Below are positions 28,335 through 41,440 of a stretch of 64,000 nt of DNA, one piece after another. Origin of the DNA: the human T2T-CHM13v2.0 reference genome, Homo sapiens; NCBI RefSeq assembly GCF_009914755.1, contig NC_060932.1; one strand, written 5' to 3'. Numbering within the stretch: position 1 is the stretch's first letter; every line of letters begins with the position of its first letter. Made by a program: the position numbers and the translations under genes. The notes beneath the pieces are model-generated. The model ran no database searches. It had not been told where the DNA came from and saw nothing but the letters and a program-made list of their open reading frames with translations.

Positions 28335-28809
28335 TGGGGTGATTTTTAAGTGCAAAAAAAGAGAGAAAGATGGAGGCAGAATGCAAGGCATAAAGACAAC
28401 ATCGTGAAGCTATTTTATACTGTCCTACCAATTGACCAGATTCAGTATAAGTTGTCAAACGGATTAACATGCCAACAGTGCTTTAAAGTAAATGAGACCA
28501 ATTCATCTGCCCCTTGTTTTAATACCTTTTGACTTTGTGAAATGAAAAAGGGTAAATTAACCTTTATCACCAGGCAGAATTTTTGCATCATCATGAATTC
28601 TCAGAATGCTCTAAGAATTATATGTCTTTCTTAGCATATATCCACCAAATTAGACATCCTTCTCAGAATGGTATATTAAAAACTTTAAATAAAAGAATTG
28701 TGATTTTTGATGGAAATTAGATAAGAAATTTGCCAATCTTTATAAACATCATCTTATGTGAATGCTTTACAGTGAAGGGCAGACTGGAAAATTCATAGTA
28801 GTGTAATTA

Positions 28810-29560
28810 CAAGTGATTAGTAAACATGAAAATTTGCAACCTCCCTAAGTAATCAAAGAGCTGTAAATGAGAGAAGAAAACACTTCCCCCACCCAGCAAA
28901 TGAGAAAAGGATAAAATGTATCATAATACTTCAAGCTATAATAGGACTATTGTTGTGAGCATAAATTAGCAGAGACTTCCTGAGAGCAATTTTCATATTT
29001 ATTAAGTATCTTAAAAATGTTCTTAACTAGTCTTTCCCCTTCTAGTAAGTTGTCTTGAAAAAACTCAGAAATGTTAATGAATGTATCTACAAATAAACCA
29101 GACTACTGCTAGTTCATGAGGCATCTTTGTGTGTTTGGAAATAGATTCCCTCCTTCCAGGTTCACAGACCCCAATCCAGGGCTCACTCTGCTGTGAGTGG
29201 AGCCCACTCTGCCCAGTTGAGTGGCTCTCCTGCAGGGCACAATCTGAACATCCCTGGATGGAAAGATGGTAATTTATTCATTTATAAAGTTGGAGGAAAC
29301 CTTCATTCACCAACGACATGTGACTATTAGTGAAGTCACTAGGTAAATTAGATTAAAGCATCAGGATGAAATATTAAAGTCATTAAAATGTATGTTCTAA
29401 AACTTTTTCTGACCCAGAAAAAAAGATCAATATATAACATTGCATGAAAAGTCAAAGTTTAAAATTTTATGTGTAGTGAAGGCACTAACTTGTTAAAATG
29501 CAAAGGAAACAGACTAGAATGGCAGAGGTTTTATCTGAGTACACGGGTCAGGGGTAGTTT
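28810..29560 (+). mobile_element. L1ME-type 3' fragment (interrupted at ~29100-29265)
   Basis: AAACATGAAAA..CAACCTCCCTAAGTAATCAAAGA.., ATAAATTAGCA..TTCCTGAGAGCAATTT.., CCCCTTCTAG.. Confidence 0.55.
29100..29265. mobile_element. MER91-like hAT-Tip100 relic
   Basis: End TGCAGGGCACAATCTGAACA resembles the recalled MER91 TGCAGTGCACAACCTGCACA. It is GC-richer than the flanking L1. Confidence 0.4.
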
Positions 29561-32469
29561 TTTCCTTTCTTGCCATGAGGTCTTAGAATCCGGAACATGT
29601 TCACTGTGGAAAATCAGACAAATTGAGCAGTTGGAAAAAGGAGAGGAGGGAGAGTGCTTGCATGGAAGCCTCTGCTCTGGGCTGAGGAGGACATGGCAGA
29701 GCGATTGGCTATTAGGAGAGTCAGGAAAGGGGAGATCACCAGCTCAGGTATTTTCTTACCTAGTCTCATGAACTAGGTCTGAATTTCATGGTAAAGGCTC
29801 TTGGCTAAATCTGAAATTGCTGTACTAAAGCTTTGAAAACCTATGCAATGCCGAGAGGGGCCCAAAAAACAGCTTGACTTGGAGAGAATGACTCATCCTC
29901 TACTGACCACTTTGCTCCTTGTTCCCCTGTAACTGACACTCTTCCCAGATTCGGCTTCTAGCCAGTATGTCTACTCAAAACAGAAACTTTCTAATTTTAA
30001 ACAGCAGGCTTATCTTTGTAACCAGAGAAATGGGGAAATTACCCCTAAGCAAGCATATGAGTAAATAAGTTATGCAAGGAGAGATGTCTCCATGACTATT
30101 TCCTTAACCACCGAAAACACAGAAAATTATTACAGTTTCTTAAAACACATGTGTGATATTGCAACTTAATTTTTGATTAAATTTCCATCTCATGGTATCG
30201 TACATCCATAATCTGAGTCCACAAAAAAGAACACTCATTTTGCCGTGTCATCATTCTAGTATTCAACGAGGAAAGAAAGAAAAGCAAATCATGACAAGGT
30301 CATCTTTACAATGAAACAAAGATGTATAAGAAAACAGAGTAGGGACTGTGTTATTGCCTTGATTTGTGGTTCCTGTTTTCTCCCATAAACACATTAGGTT
30401 AGCAGAGAGTTTGCTTCCCAAAGTGACTTCCTCCAACTACAATCATCAGTAGCAGGTGGGAACAGGTTACAGTGGCAGAATTTCAGTCCCTGCCATGGAG
30501 TGGGAAGCTGCATTTTAACCTGGCTGCAGGCTCTTTGTTTTTATGTTAAAGTGCAGGTAGTCCTGTTGTGGACAGCTCTGTGCATCTGAAGATGACTACT
30601 GGGTGCTGTGCGGATGAGTTTCGCGCAGCACAAGTAGATTTGTGCTACAGGCAGCTCTGCAAGTTTCTGGTAGAACCGTTTAGGCTTAGCTGAGCTAGAC
30701 CAAGCAGCAGCAACAGTAACAGCTAGGCTTGAAACGTTCCACAGAGCACAGGGGCACTGAGAGCAGGCCCCCGGGTCTTCGGGAAACACTATGCAGTCTT
30801 GTCTCCATGCCTGAAACTTTGCCTGGAGCTCCAAGACCTGGGATTTTAATAGGTAGAAAGACCTAGAAACGGATGTTTTTATGTTAATAGATCTTCATAA
30901 AACTAGTAGAAAAGCAGGCCTGTATATTTTTGTCAAATAATTTTTTAAAAAGCCAAAGTTATAAATGTATGATTTTGGATAACCTAAAAATAGTTTGAAG
31001 AGTGTTAGCAAGTCAAATAAAATTTTCTTTTTTTTTTCTTATCAGGTTTAATGGGAAAATACTGCGTAAATATCAACTATTGTAGATCTGTCTCCCAGAA
31101 AAACAGTGCACTGAACATGACAAATTTCTTCAAAACTGATCCAAGTTATTACATGACAGATTTAAATTGTGTTATTTTCACACATCATTCCTCTATGTCT
31201 AGAAAACTCAGTTACCTCAATGGAATAATTTTTTTACAGTGAAGAGTTTTGCTACTTAAAGAAAAAGAGAAGGGATATTTTATATGTATGTATAAAATAT
31301 GTGTATATATGTATGTATATGTTCTGACCTCCTTCTGGTGTCATTGTAACAAGATCCCCTAGGGATATTAAACTCCTGATAGATATAATGGAGATAACAA
31401 CATTTAAATCTTCCAATTTGTCATCACCATTGCTTGAAAACAAATAAACTTTAAAATAACCAAAAGCCTGGAGTGGAAGTAAATCGACAAACATCAAAAA
31501 GAATCACATACACATTTAAACTATAAAACCACCATTCATTAGAAAATGTGTATTATAGCTATTTTGCCAACCTGTCTGGAATGAATAACGACCCTCAAGA
31601 TTTTCAATATTCACTTCACACAGAATGTTCCATGGAAATGCCTGGGTTCAGAATCTCATTCCCCATCTTATTAGTGGCATGCTGTCAAACAAGTAACTTA
31701 CCACTGGTTTTCTGAACTCTAAATCGGATGAAATCAAGCACCTGCATTACGCAATGAATTATATAACTCTACATATGTTAACACAACAAACACTGTATAA
31801 AAGTATGTACTTGGGCTTGTGAGGCTGCAGAGGGTTGGGGTGGGAGGAGAGATTGCAAGTACCCAGCCTGCCTTTTCTGACAGCCTGATCCACACTCTGA
31901 TGATGGAAAGGGAGGAGGAGGCAGGTTAGGTGGTGCTCAACACAATCACGAGACACCCAACTCAGCAAACAAAAACTCTTCATGAAGAGCCTAAGGTTCG
32001 ATGTTTCCCAATCCATGGTCTCTCCATGCTGGGATGCTAAACATGAGGTGTGTAGAGGAAATGTGAGTTCACAATCGATCAGCTGGTCAACAGGTTCCTC
32101 TGGTCAACAATGTCATAATCAAACCAAGGAAATCTTGAATTCAGATAACCAATCTACCCCATATGAATGACAATTTAAATTATCCTATGTGAGGTAATTT
32201 TTTCAAGTGCTCTAAGATATACACTTCTTGGTGACTAAGTCAGGCCGTATCACCCAACTCTGTTTTCATATTTCCTATTTTCTTAACAAAATTAGGCAAA
32301 AAATTATTGACAAGTGTGCACAATCACATCATTACATAATCACATAATCTTTGAACATAGGACATCTCACAGGGTATACTTTTCATACATGGTGCTTTAG
32401 CTAAGGCGTTTTCTCAACTCATTAAAATGACTTTTCCTTCTAAACAATACAATCTATCAGGGCCGTGGA

Positions 32470-32969
32470 CAGGGATGGTCTCATGAACATGCAACCTAGG
32501 TCAGTTTTTTGTTGTTGTTGTTTGATTTTTAACTTTTAAGTTTAGTGGTAGAAGTGCAGGTTTGTTACTTAAGTAAACTTATGTCATGGGAGTTTGTTGT
32601 ACAGATTATTTGATCACCCAGATATTAAGCCTAGTACCCATTATTTTCCTGATCCCCTCTTTCTTCCAATATTCCATCCTCCAAAAGGCCCCAGTGTGTG
32701 TTGTTCCCCCAGTGTGTTCATGAGCTCTCATCATTTAGATCTTACTTATAGATGATAACTTGTGCTATTTGGTTTTCTGTTCCTGGGTTAGTTTGCTTAG
32801 CATATTGGCCTCCACCACCATCCACGTCCTTGCAAAGGACACGGTCAGTCCTTAGAAGAGTAGTTCTTGATAAAATATTCTGCAGCTGCTGTTGTGAAGT
32901 TCTTAATAAGTTGTAGAGAAAGGGCACTCCATTTTCTTCGTATGGTACCTCAATTATCAATTGGTCTTG
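32470..32969 (+). mobile_element. MER45A (hAT-Tip100), split by an L1PA insertion
   Basis: Left part CAGGGATGGTCTCATGAACATGCAACCT (32470-32505). Right part CTTAGAAG..TGAAGTTCTTAATAA..CATTTTC..AATTAT..TGGTCTTG (32843-32969). Confidence 0.65.
32506..32842 (-). mobile_element. L1PA (roughly PA11-PA13) 3' end, 5'-truncated
   Basis: AACTTTTAAGTT..GTGCAGGTTTGTTAC..GTACAGATTATTT.ATCACCCAG.TATTAAGCCTAGTACCCATT..TTGCAAAGGACA. TSD GGTCAGT on both sides. Confidence 0.88.
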
Positions 32970-35039
32970 TTACAGAGATAAGAGTTTTTAAAGAAAATTG
33001 TAAGACCCTTGTGAAAATTACTTTTTTTACTTAAGATGTTTCATGAGGGTTTTCTTTAAAATAATTATTTGCAATTCTCCTGTAGAATTTGATATGATGG
33101 GTCTAGCTTTGTTCAGCAGAAATGAATTTCTGCAAATGCTGAGGCAAGCAAAAGAAACAAAAAACAACTTAACCCATTTTTCCTTAATTTTTCATTGTTT
33201 TTTAATTTATCATTGGAATAATGATTGTATTTATTTAAATAAAGAAAACAGGATCAAGAAGATTTTTTAAGACATTTGAAATGTAAAGAAATGTAGTATA
33301 GGACATTTGACTTGTAAATAAATGTTCATAGAATTTAGAGCTGAACACTCAAATAATCTACAAAGTGACTTTTTAAACACTTTTTCCGTGCATAAATGTT
33401 TCTTCAAAAAATCTTTGTAAGAGAGAATGTAGATAATATTGAAAACTATGGAAACACTTTAGACGAAGTAGAAATTTATTGTATTATTTATAAAACACTC
33501 AGCGCCCCATATGTGCTAAATATCATTCAAAACCTTAAAATATAAAGTGAAGAAGACATCCAAGGGCTACCCCATGGGTTGTACGGTCTAGTGAAGAAAA
33601 CGCCAATAAAAGGAAAGGAAATCACACAGTCCTCAATATTGCTTTCTTTTCCGCATCTTTTTTATGCTCTATAACACAGTTTGCATAGCATTTCTCTAGA
33701 ACAATTCCTGGAACAGGGAGAAAGGGACCCTCAAGTAACTATTGAGTACAATGACCAAAGACAAAATCACTTAGATAATCAATGGGTGGTCAATTGTCTT
33801 CTCTACCACACTGCCCTGTCATACCACATAGAGTGCTGCTGGGTGTGGACATCTCTTACGAGTAGGGTAGAGTCAGTTGTAGAATTGGTTGCATCTCCAG
33901 CTTGCAGTTCTCCTGCTGTGTCACTCAGACACTGAAGAGCAGCCTCATGAAAAATGCTTTCTATCTCAATATTTATGCAGGCTCATGTTTTCTTTCGGTG
34001 TAGAAATTTACTTTTTCTTATTAGTACCCGAAGAATCAAAGGCTTTTAAGAATTCCGCATAATACCACCATTCTTGTTAAATGGCCCTGCATTACATAAT
34101 TACAAGGAGAAGAGCAGAAGTAGATTTCAAGTAAGTTATCACCATTCAACATGTGAAATTAATTTTGTAATGTATGAGCTTCTGCATTTTTATTTTGGTA
34201 CACATACTATAACGCCCTTTTGAAAATGTATCATCAACTGCTGATTTGGAAGCCTACAACTTTAAAATAGAATCTGAAAAAAGTCCCGTGGGAGCCAAAG
34301 CAAGTGCTTAAGTTCACTTTGTGACATTATTAATAAATTCTATCACATCGTTATAGAAATACAATGTACAAATTTTTCTTGAGGGATAAATTTTCACCCA
34401 GATATTAATGTGATGTAGGTACATTAATCAAATATTCATAATTTTTTGTCTTCTTTTGGAAATTGCTTCAACCAACCTTCAGTTTAAGTTGGCTCTCCAT
34501 AATTGTATATAGATTTTTCATTTAGAGAAGTTATTTATGATCATTTGAATGAATGGAAATTGTTAAGGAACTTTCTTCTGAAATTATTTTTGTGTATATT
34601 TCCAGTTTATTTTTTTTAAACAAATGGGCTATTTTGTAATTAGAAGAAAAAAATTGCTTTGAAACTTGAAGCCCTGGAAATTTCATGACATGACATGACA
34701 TGCCATTTCCAACAGCAGACAGTTGGCAGGACTAGTCCAGGAACATTCAAGTCTTAATTTCTAGTCCACTATTCTTTATACAAACAATCTGAATTTATAT
34801 ACTAATCAATCAATGCATGAAAGTTTCTCCCAGCCAAACACGCTTTTACCATCTCATCCCTTGGTGAGTGCTGGCTTGCTGGTGAAACTATCATGGCGCT
34901 TATAAAAGAAGAGAGCCCGTCCACTTGAACATAAGATCCTAATTAAAAGTAAAAAGGTCAGTCGTTACTTACGAATACTTTTGAACTATTCATTAATATG
35001 TCAACTTCTAACAGGAGGATTTTAGGTTTTGCCATAGAC

Positions 35040-35385
35040 ACATTCTATTTCTCTTTGGCTAACTCTCTCACCTCCTTCAAATCTGTGTTCAAATATGAAC
35101 TTCTCGAAAAGACCTTTTCTGATCACTTCATTTTACACCATTAAGGACCACCCACCATCAGCCTCCTGTCCTGCCCTAGACATTACCAACACTTGTATCC
35201 TGCTCTTCTTTTTGGGTGATCTCTATCAACTGACATTACATTACACTTATTAAGCGCATGGTTTACTGTCAGTTTTCCTCCTCTGAATGGAAAAATCTTT
35301 GCCTAATTTGGTGACTGATGTATCCCAATAGCCAAAAACAATTGCTAACTCTCAAAAGTCACTCAACAGTTTTCTGTTGGAAAAA
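35040..35385 (+). mobile_element. L2 3' fragment
   Basis: GGCTAACTC.CTCACCTCCTTCAAATCT.TG.TCAAAT..GACCTT..CTGA.CAC..GACTGATGTATCCC. Confidence 0.65.
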
Positions 35386-36319
35386 AAAATCCATTTAGAC
35401 CATATTGAGAATGCCTATTTAATGCATGTAGATGCATAATACCATAATGCTACTTTTAATATCATAATTCAAAACATAAACAAACACTAGACCATGTATT
35501 TAATGAACTTACAACAGTGCCTGGCATATGCTACTCAATGAATTTACTATTAATCTTCCTTGCTGTTAGGCACTCATGATCACCACTACAGACTTCTCAA
35601 CCTTTCCCCAGTTACACCAAACTTTCGTGGGAAAATATAATCTTAACATATATTAAGAGAATGATAGACTACTTGAAGCTTGATAGTGTCACCAGGAGAT
35701 TAGGAGGAATTTATGGTAACATACATAGAAAAGGGCAAACATTTCTCTTTTATTATCTTGTCTTTTACTTCTAAAGTTATGGAAGGTAGGATGAAGATGA
35801 CCTGGCAAAGCCACTTGTTTCTAAGAGGATGGAATAAAGCGGTGTTCAGTCTACGGATGTTTCATGTAGCATATTCCACAGAAAACAACTTTTGCAAAGT
35901 AAACTAATAGTGTTAGTGAAAAAGGATCCTATAATCACAACCATGGAGACAGTGCGTGATGTAAACAGGGTTAAACATTTTATTTAATGCGGAAGGATGT
36001 AGAGAGCTCCTCTACTGACGTGCACTGTGACTCTCAGGGAGACCTGAGGAGCGGATCTAACCATCTTAGCTTGAAGCTGTGTATTGAGAGAATGGTGTTA
36101 AGAAATGTTTTCTCTGCTCAACACAGTGTGGAACGTGGCTCTAGGCTTGAGAGCTGCCAGCTCTCTTCTCCTACCGCTGTTGTAGCGAAATAAAGCTGGA
36201 AGACTTGGCCTCAGCAGAAGTAGCTCAGTACTGGAGAACAAAGTCTATTAATGGGGGAATTAATGGGGCACTTGGGGAAATGAAGAACACAGTGTCAGTT
36301 TAGAAATTCTTCTAAATGA

Positions 36320-36738
36320 TGCTGTGGTTTGAATGTGTCCCCTGACCCCCGGAATTCTTGAGTTGGCAACTAAATCCCCAATGAGGCAGTGCTAGAAGCT
36401 GGGAGCTCCTGGGAAGTGTTTAGGTTATGAGGGCTTTGCACTTATGAATGAATTAATGCCCATATAAAGAGGAGCTGGGACCTACTGGGAAGTGTTTAGG
36501 TCATAAGGGCTCTGTACCCATGAATAAATTGATGCCCCAATAAAGAGGGCTCTCAGAGTGGGCTACCCCTCTTTGCCCTTCTGCCATGGGATGACTCAGC
36601 AAGAAAGCCCCTGATCAACTACCAGTGACTTCATTTTGAGCTTCTCAGCCTCTAGAACTGTGAACCAATACATTTCTTTTCTTTACAAAGTACCTGGTCT
36701 GTAGTATTTTGTTACAACAACACAAATGTACTAAGACA
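36320..36738 (+). mobile_element. MSTD-like MaLR LTR with internal 76-bp tandem duplication
   Basis: TGCTGTGGTTTGAATGTGTCCCC start, CTGCCATGGGATGAC.CAGCAAGAA middle, ACTAAGACA end. Confidence 0.85.
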
Positions 36739-38264
36739 ACCTGCAAGAACAAAAAGCCTCTCTAGTGATATAAATAGCCCAGCTCAGCTTAGGAGTCCTG
36801 GTGGAATTTTCCATAGCTGTGCAAGCTATGAAGACAGAATGTGTGTCCCCTAATGTGACTCTGTGCATAGTGTCCCCAAGATAAGATGCTGGTTGAGGAT
36901 CCAATATTGTAGCCACTGCTCCCTGGGGAACATGCGTAATACATGAGTGATATTTGGGTCCACGTGACTTGGTATTCTGAGTGGTGTAATGACTCTTGGT
37001 GGAATTATATGTATATCGCCCATGAAGTCAACCCTCAAAAGTTTAGAATGGAAAGCTAATTTTCTTTTAATAAACTCATGTACGATTATAATTGATAGGT
37101 CTACCAAAATAGTACAGCAGTTCCTTCCACACTGTATTAGATACTATTGTAATTATCAGTTATAATTTTATGTCTCAGCAAATATTGCCTTTTCAGAAGT
37201 CCCTTCCTTGAGCAAATCTAAAGAAAGTTTGCAAAGAAAAACTGTAAATATGTATAAATATGCCAGTAACTCAAAAATTACTTTTCTCTGTTGAAAGGCT
37301 TAATTGTACTGGTTGAAATGTTTTTTAGAATATGTCAACACCTTGTCACTATTTACAGGGTATTCCTACTACCCTGATGAAAAGAGCACCTCTTAAACAA
37401 TAAGGTCTTAGTCACGGCTGAGCTCTTTTCTTCAGATGACACGTTTCCCTGAATGTTACTAGGTGAATTGATTAGACACTGATATTTCCTAAATCACAGT
37501 TAATGACAAGCATATTTTTAGATACTGGACACAAATTCAAGCCAGTAATCTGCAGGTGCTTGTGAAATGTTGTAGTCACATTTTCCCTGCCAAATTTCTG
37601 AAGGCTACCTATAAATCATTTTTTTAAAAGAGAAAAGTATAAAGGTATACAAGGCCAATGAAGAAAGGAATATAATAGAAAGTGAACAAGTTTACAATAA
37701 ATAAAACCTATAACAGCTAACAATATATGTTTCCCTCACCAATCACATGGGTATATGGAAGGCTTTTTAAAAAAAATGTTAAAAAGTACTGTATTACAAG
37801 AATGTCATAGTATTTGCATTATGCCACATTTAATAAAATGTAATTTAAGAGTTTGGAAGGTTTTATTTAAAAGCTTTGATGTCCTCCTATAAAGTTCTTG
37901 TATTTTGAGCAATAACATGAGACAAGACCCAAAAGGCAATTAAGGCCCCTACACCATGCAGTGTTGTAGGAGCACATATTAGAAGACAAAGGACAAGATA
38001 GTTATATCAAAATAAATAGCCTAAATGATCTCTAAGCAATTTAATCAGGGCAGTATCCCACAGGTGACTCTATCCCAACCCAAAAGTAAATGAGACAGGT
38101 TTCATGTCTGGATATTACACACTGGCAGCTGAATCATGACACTTTTCTCATTTAATAGTCTGGGATTGGTGGGGAGCAAAGACCTTGGACAGTTAAATGT
38201 ATGTGTACCTAGTCCTGATGAGACGTCACAGTTGTGACATCTCACAAGTGTGTGTGAGAGTGAT

Positions 38265-38470
38265 GCAGGGATGGAGAGATGGAGGAGGAAAGATGGAGAA
38301 GGACAGATGGAGGAGGAGAGATGGAAGAGGAGAGATGCAGGAGGAGAGATGGAGGAGAGAGAGGGTGGAGGAAGAGGGGAAGGGAGGGGAGGGGAGGGGA
38401 GGATAATGTGGGAATGGGAAGGGAGGGAAAGAGAGTAGAGGGGAAGAAAGATGTTCAATGGAGGTAAGGA
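38265..38470. repeat. Polypurine tract containing a 6 x 14-bp array and (GGGGA)n
   Basis: GGAGAGATGGAGGA units at 38273-38356; GGGGAAGGGAGGGGAGGGGAGGGG at 38376-38399. Confidence 0.9.
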
Positions 38471-39299
38471 GAAAACAGAGCTAATTACAAGCATAGAGAA
38501 CTTACGTATTTTTGAGTTGTGTTTACTTGAATTTCTTTAAGCACAGAAGATCATTCCCAGAAATTAAACTGAAACTGATGAACAAAGAAACAGTACAGGT
38601 GGTAGAGAACTACTGAAACACACAATTTCAGTTTTGTTCTGTTCTTTCAGGATATATAGAAAGCTGGGGTGGGGAGATGGATAAAAAAGCTTAAAACAAG
38701 ACAAAGGTAAACAGGCATAGACGTTTTCCTTTCCCTTCCTGGCTTCAGCCTTCTGCCCATCTTTCCTGTGAGTTGTCTTCTGTCATGCACACTCCAACAT
38801 TTGTGCAACACATATCTCTACAATGAAGAATATGTCATGCTAGCTTTTCTGTCCAATAGACGCTGAAGTTATGTATTGTCTTTTTCCAGTGATCAAAACA
38901 AAAACTGAGACTTGGGAAGAAATAAACTCGAGGGGACCTGAATGAGAACTTGAGTTACACTCTAATACATTTCCAGGGCTTTTGAGAAGCCAGAGGCATG
39001 TCCTGTTTCCTCAAACACCATAAAATGCTCCTTAGAATTTGACCCTATGACAGAAACTGCTACTTACCTACACAATGTCTACTCTCAGAAATCTTCATTC
39101 ATTATAGAACCCAAATATAGTCTCCAGAAGTAACACCCAGTTTAAAAATGGAACAGGCTTTTATGTGGAGTTAACCAGTGAAATGCTAACAATATCTCAT
39201 TGGTTGTATTGGTTGTACAGGAATTATGAGAGCGCTTTTAGATGGGACTGCAGTGGCAGACATACACCACTGACATTTATGCCTCTTCTGTACACTTTC

Positions 39300-39530
39300 T
39301 CCATGCCAAGGATGCACCAGTGATGACTGGAGTTGCAGCAGCCTTCTTGGGACCATGAGTGAAAGGCAAAGAGAATTTCAGGTGCCTTGTTCATGACCAA
39401 CTTAAGTGGCTGGACCCATGGCAGCAGAACACACCAACTTTTAGACTGCACTTTTCATGACAGCCCAGTAAGCCTATGAGTTTTAAAGCCAATGTCGGAT
39501 TATCGGTACCAGCAGCTGAACAAAATTTTT
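39300..39530 (+). mobile_element. MLT1J/K-like LTR fragment
   Basis: CTGGAGTTGCAGCAGCCTTCTTGGGACCATGAG..TTTAAAGCCA..GCAGCTGAA. Confidence 0.6.
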
Positions 39531-40332
39531 CATGTGCCAACGTCTTACGATGAGACTACAAGCTCTTAGAGGAAAAAGATTCTGGCAAAATCTAGGATTA
39601 TCTGTGGAACTGGATGGATATTGAATGAGTATTTTCTAAAACGATAAACTCATTAGGAAACATTCTATCTGGTCTATTCTCCTCTTCTACGATCCCGCCC
39701 CATTCCTAGTTATCATTCATGGCCCAGATAAAATGACATCTCCAAAAAGCTTGATGTTAAGACCCTGAGGCTAAATTAGACATTCTCTCTTCAATATTCA
39801 TGTTTTGTCTCTTTTTTCCCCTACTATAGAACTTATCACTGTATATTATAATTACGCATTTAAATGCATTTTTTTCATTGAGTCCATAATCTCAAATTTA
39901 TATATTTTTTTCCCACACCAGAACATAGCGGAACACCATATCAGGACCTAATAAACATTTGTTGTTTAAGTTCTTACTATGCACCAGACACTAGGTTAAG
40001 CCCCTGGGATAGAGAAAGAAGAAAAGGATGATGTTATTTAATCTTGGAGAACATTTGATCTGGTATACTTCAAAGCAGTAAAATGAGATGAGAAAATATC
40101 TGTCAAGTAAAAGACTGGAGGGAAGGGGCCAGATCTACTTAATAGACACACAATCGTTTGCAACATACATTGATTCTGCAATATAAAATTTGCCAACTAA
40201 GTAATGCTTAACTACACACATCAATTTTCTGGTTGTTCAATTATATACTTGAAAAAAAAAACAGCTGATGAAAATTTTGCCTGTATTTATGTGAAAGACA
40301 AATAATCAACACCATTATTATCCTATTGCTAA

Positions 40333-40709
<377 letters not shown>

Positions 40710-40853
40710 TTTCCTTTTATCTTTAGCTTTCCCTCTCTTCACCAAATAAAATCAGCGAACACCTGTGCCAGTTACTTCCCTAAAAACACAGAATCAGGAA
40801 TTCGATTATTGATAACATTCGTTCTATGGAGAGTCTGCTTGTATAGGGAAGTA

Positions 40854-41440
40854 CAGTAATGGGCTGCATGACGATGTCTCAGTCAACAACGAATGCCACA
40901 TTCAGCAGTCCCCTTAGATTATAGTGGAGCTGAACAATGATCACCAAGCGACATTGCAGCTGTCATAATGTTGTAGTGCAATTACTTTTTTATACAAATA
41001 AATTTCACGTAGCCTAAACGTATGCTGTTTATGAAGACTACAGTAGTGTACAGTCATGTCCTAAGCCTTCACATTCACTCACCACTCACTTGCTGACTCA
41101 CCCTGGACAACTTCCAGGCCTGCAAGATTTATCTGTGGTAACTGCCGTAGACAGGTGTACCATTCTTACGTTTCACTCCATATTTTTACCGTACCTTTTC
41201 CATGTGTAGGTATGGTTATGTATCTTCAAATCTGCAAAGTCTTACCATTGTGTTACAGTTGCCTACAGTCTGCAGGACCCTAACAAGGTGACAGGCTGCA
41301 CCCCAGAGCCTAGGTGTGCCACAGGCTGTACCATCTAGGTGGTCATATGCACATTCTGTGTTGTTCACACAAACAAAGATGAAATTTCCCGATGAGGCAT
41401 TTCTCAGAATACATTCCCATCACTAATCAACACATGACTG
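40854..41440 (+). mobile_element. Tigger3/MER7 (Golem) non-autonomous element, Tigger3c-sized
   Basis: TA|CAGTAATG..GCATGACGATGT.TCAGTCAAC start, CCTTCACATTCACTCACCACTCACT internally, GCATTTCTCAGAA..CATGACTG end. Confidence 0.85.
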
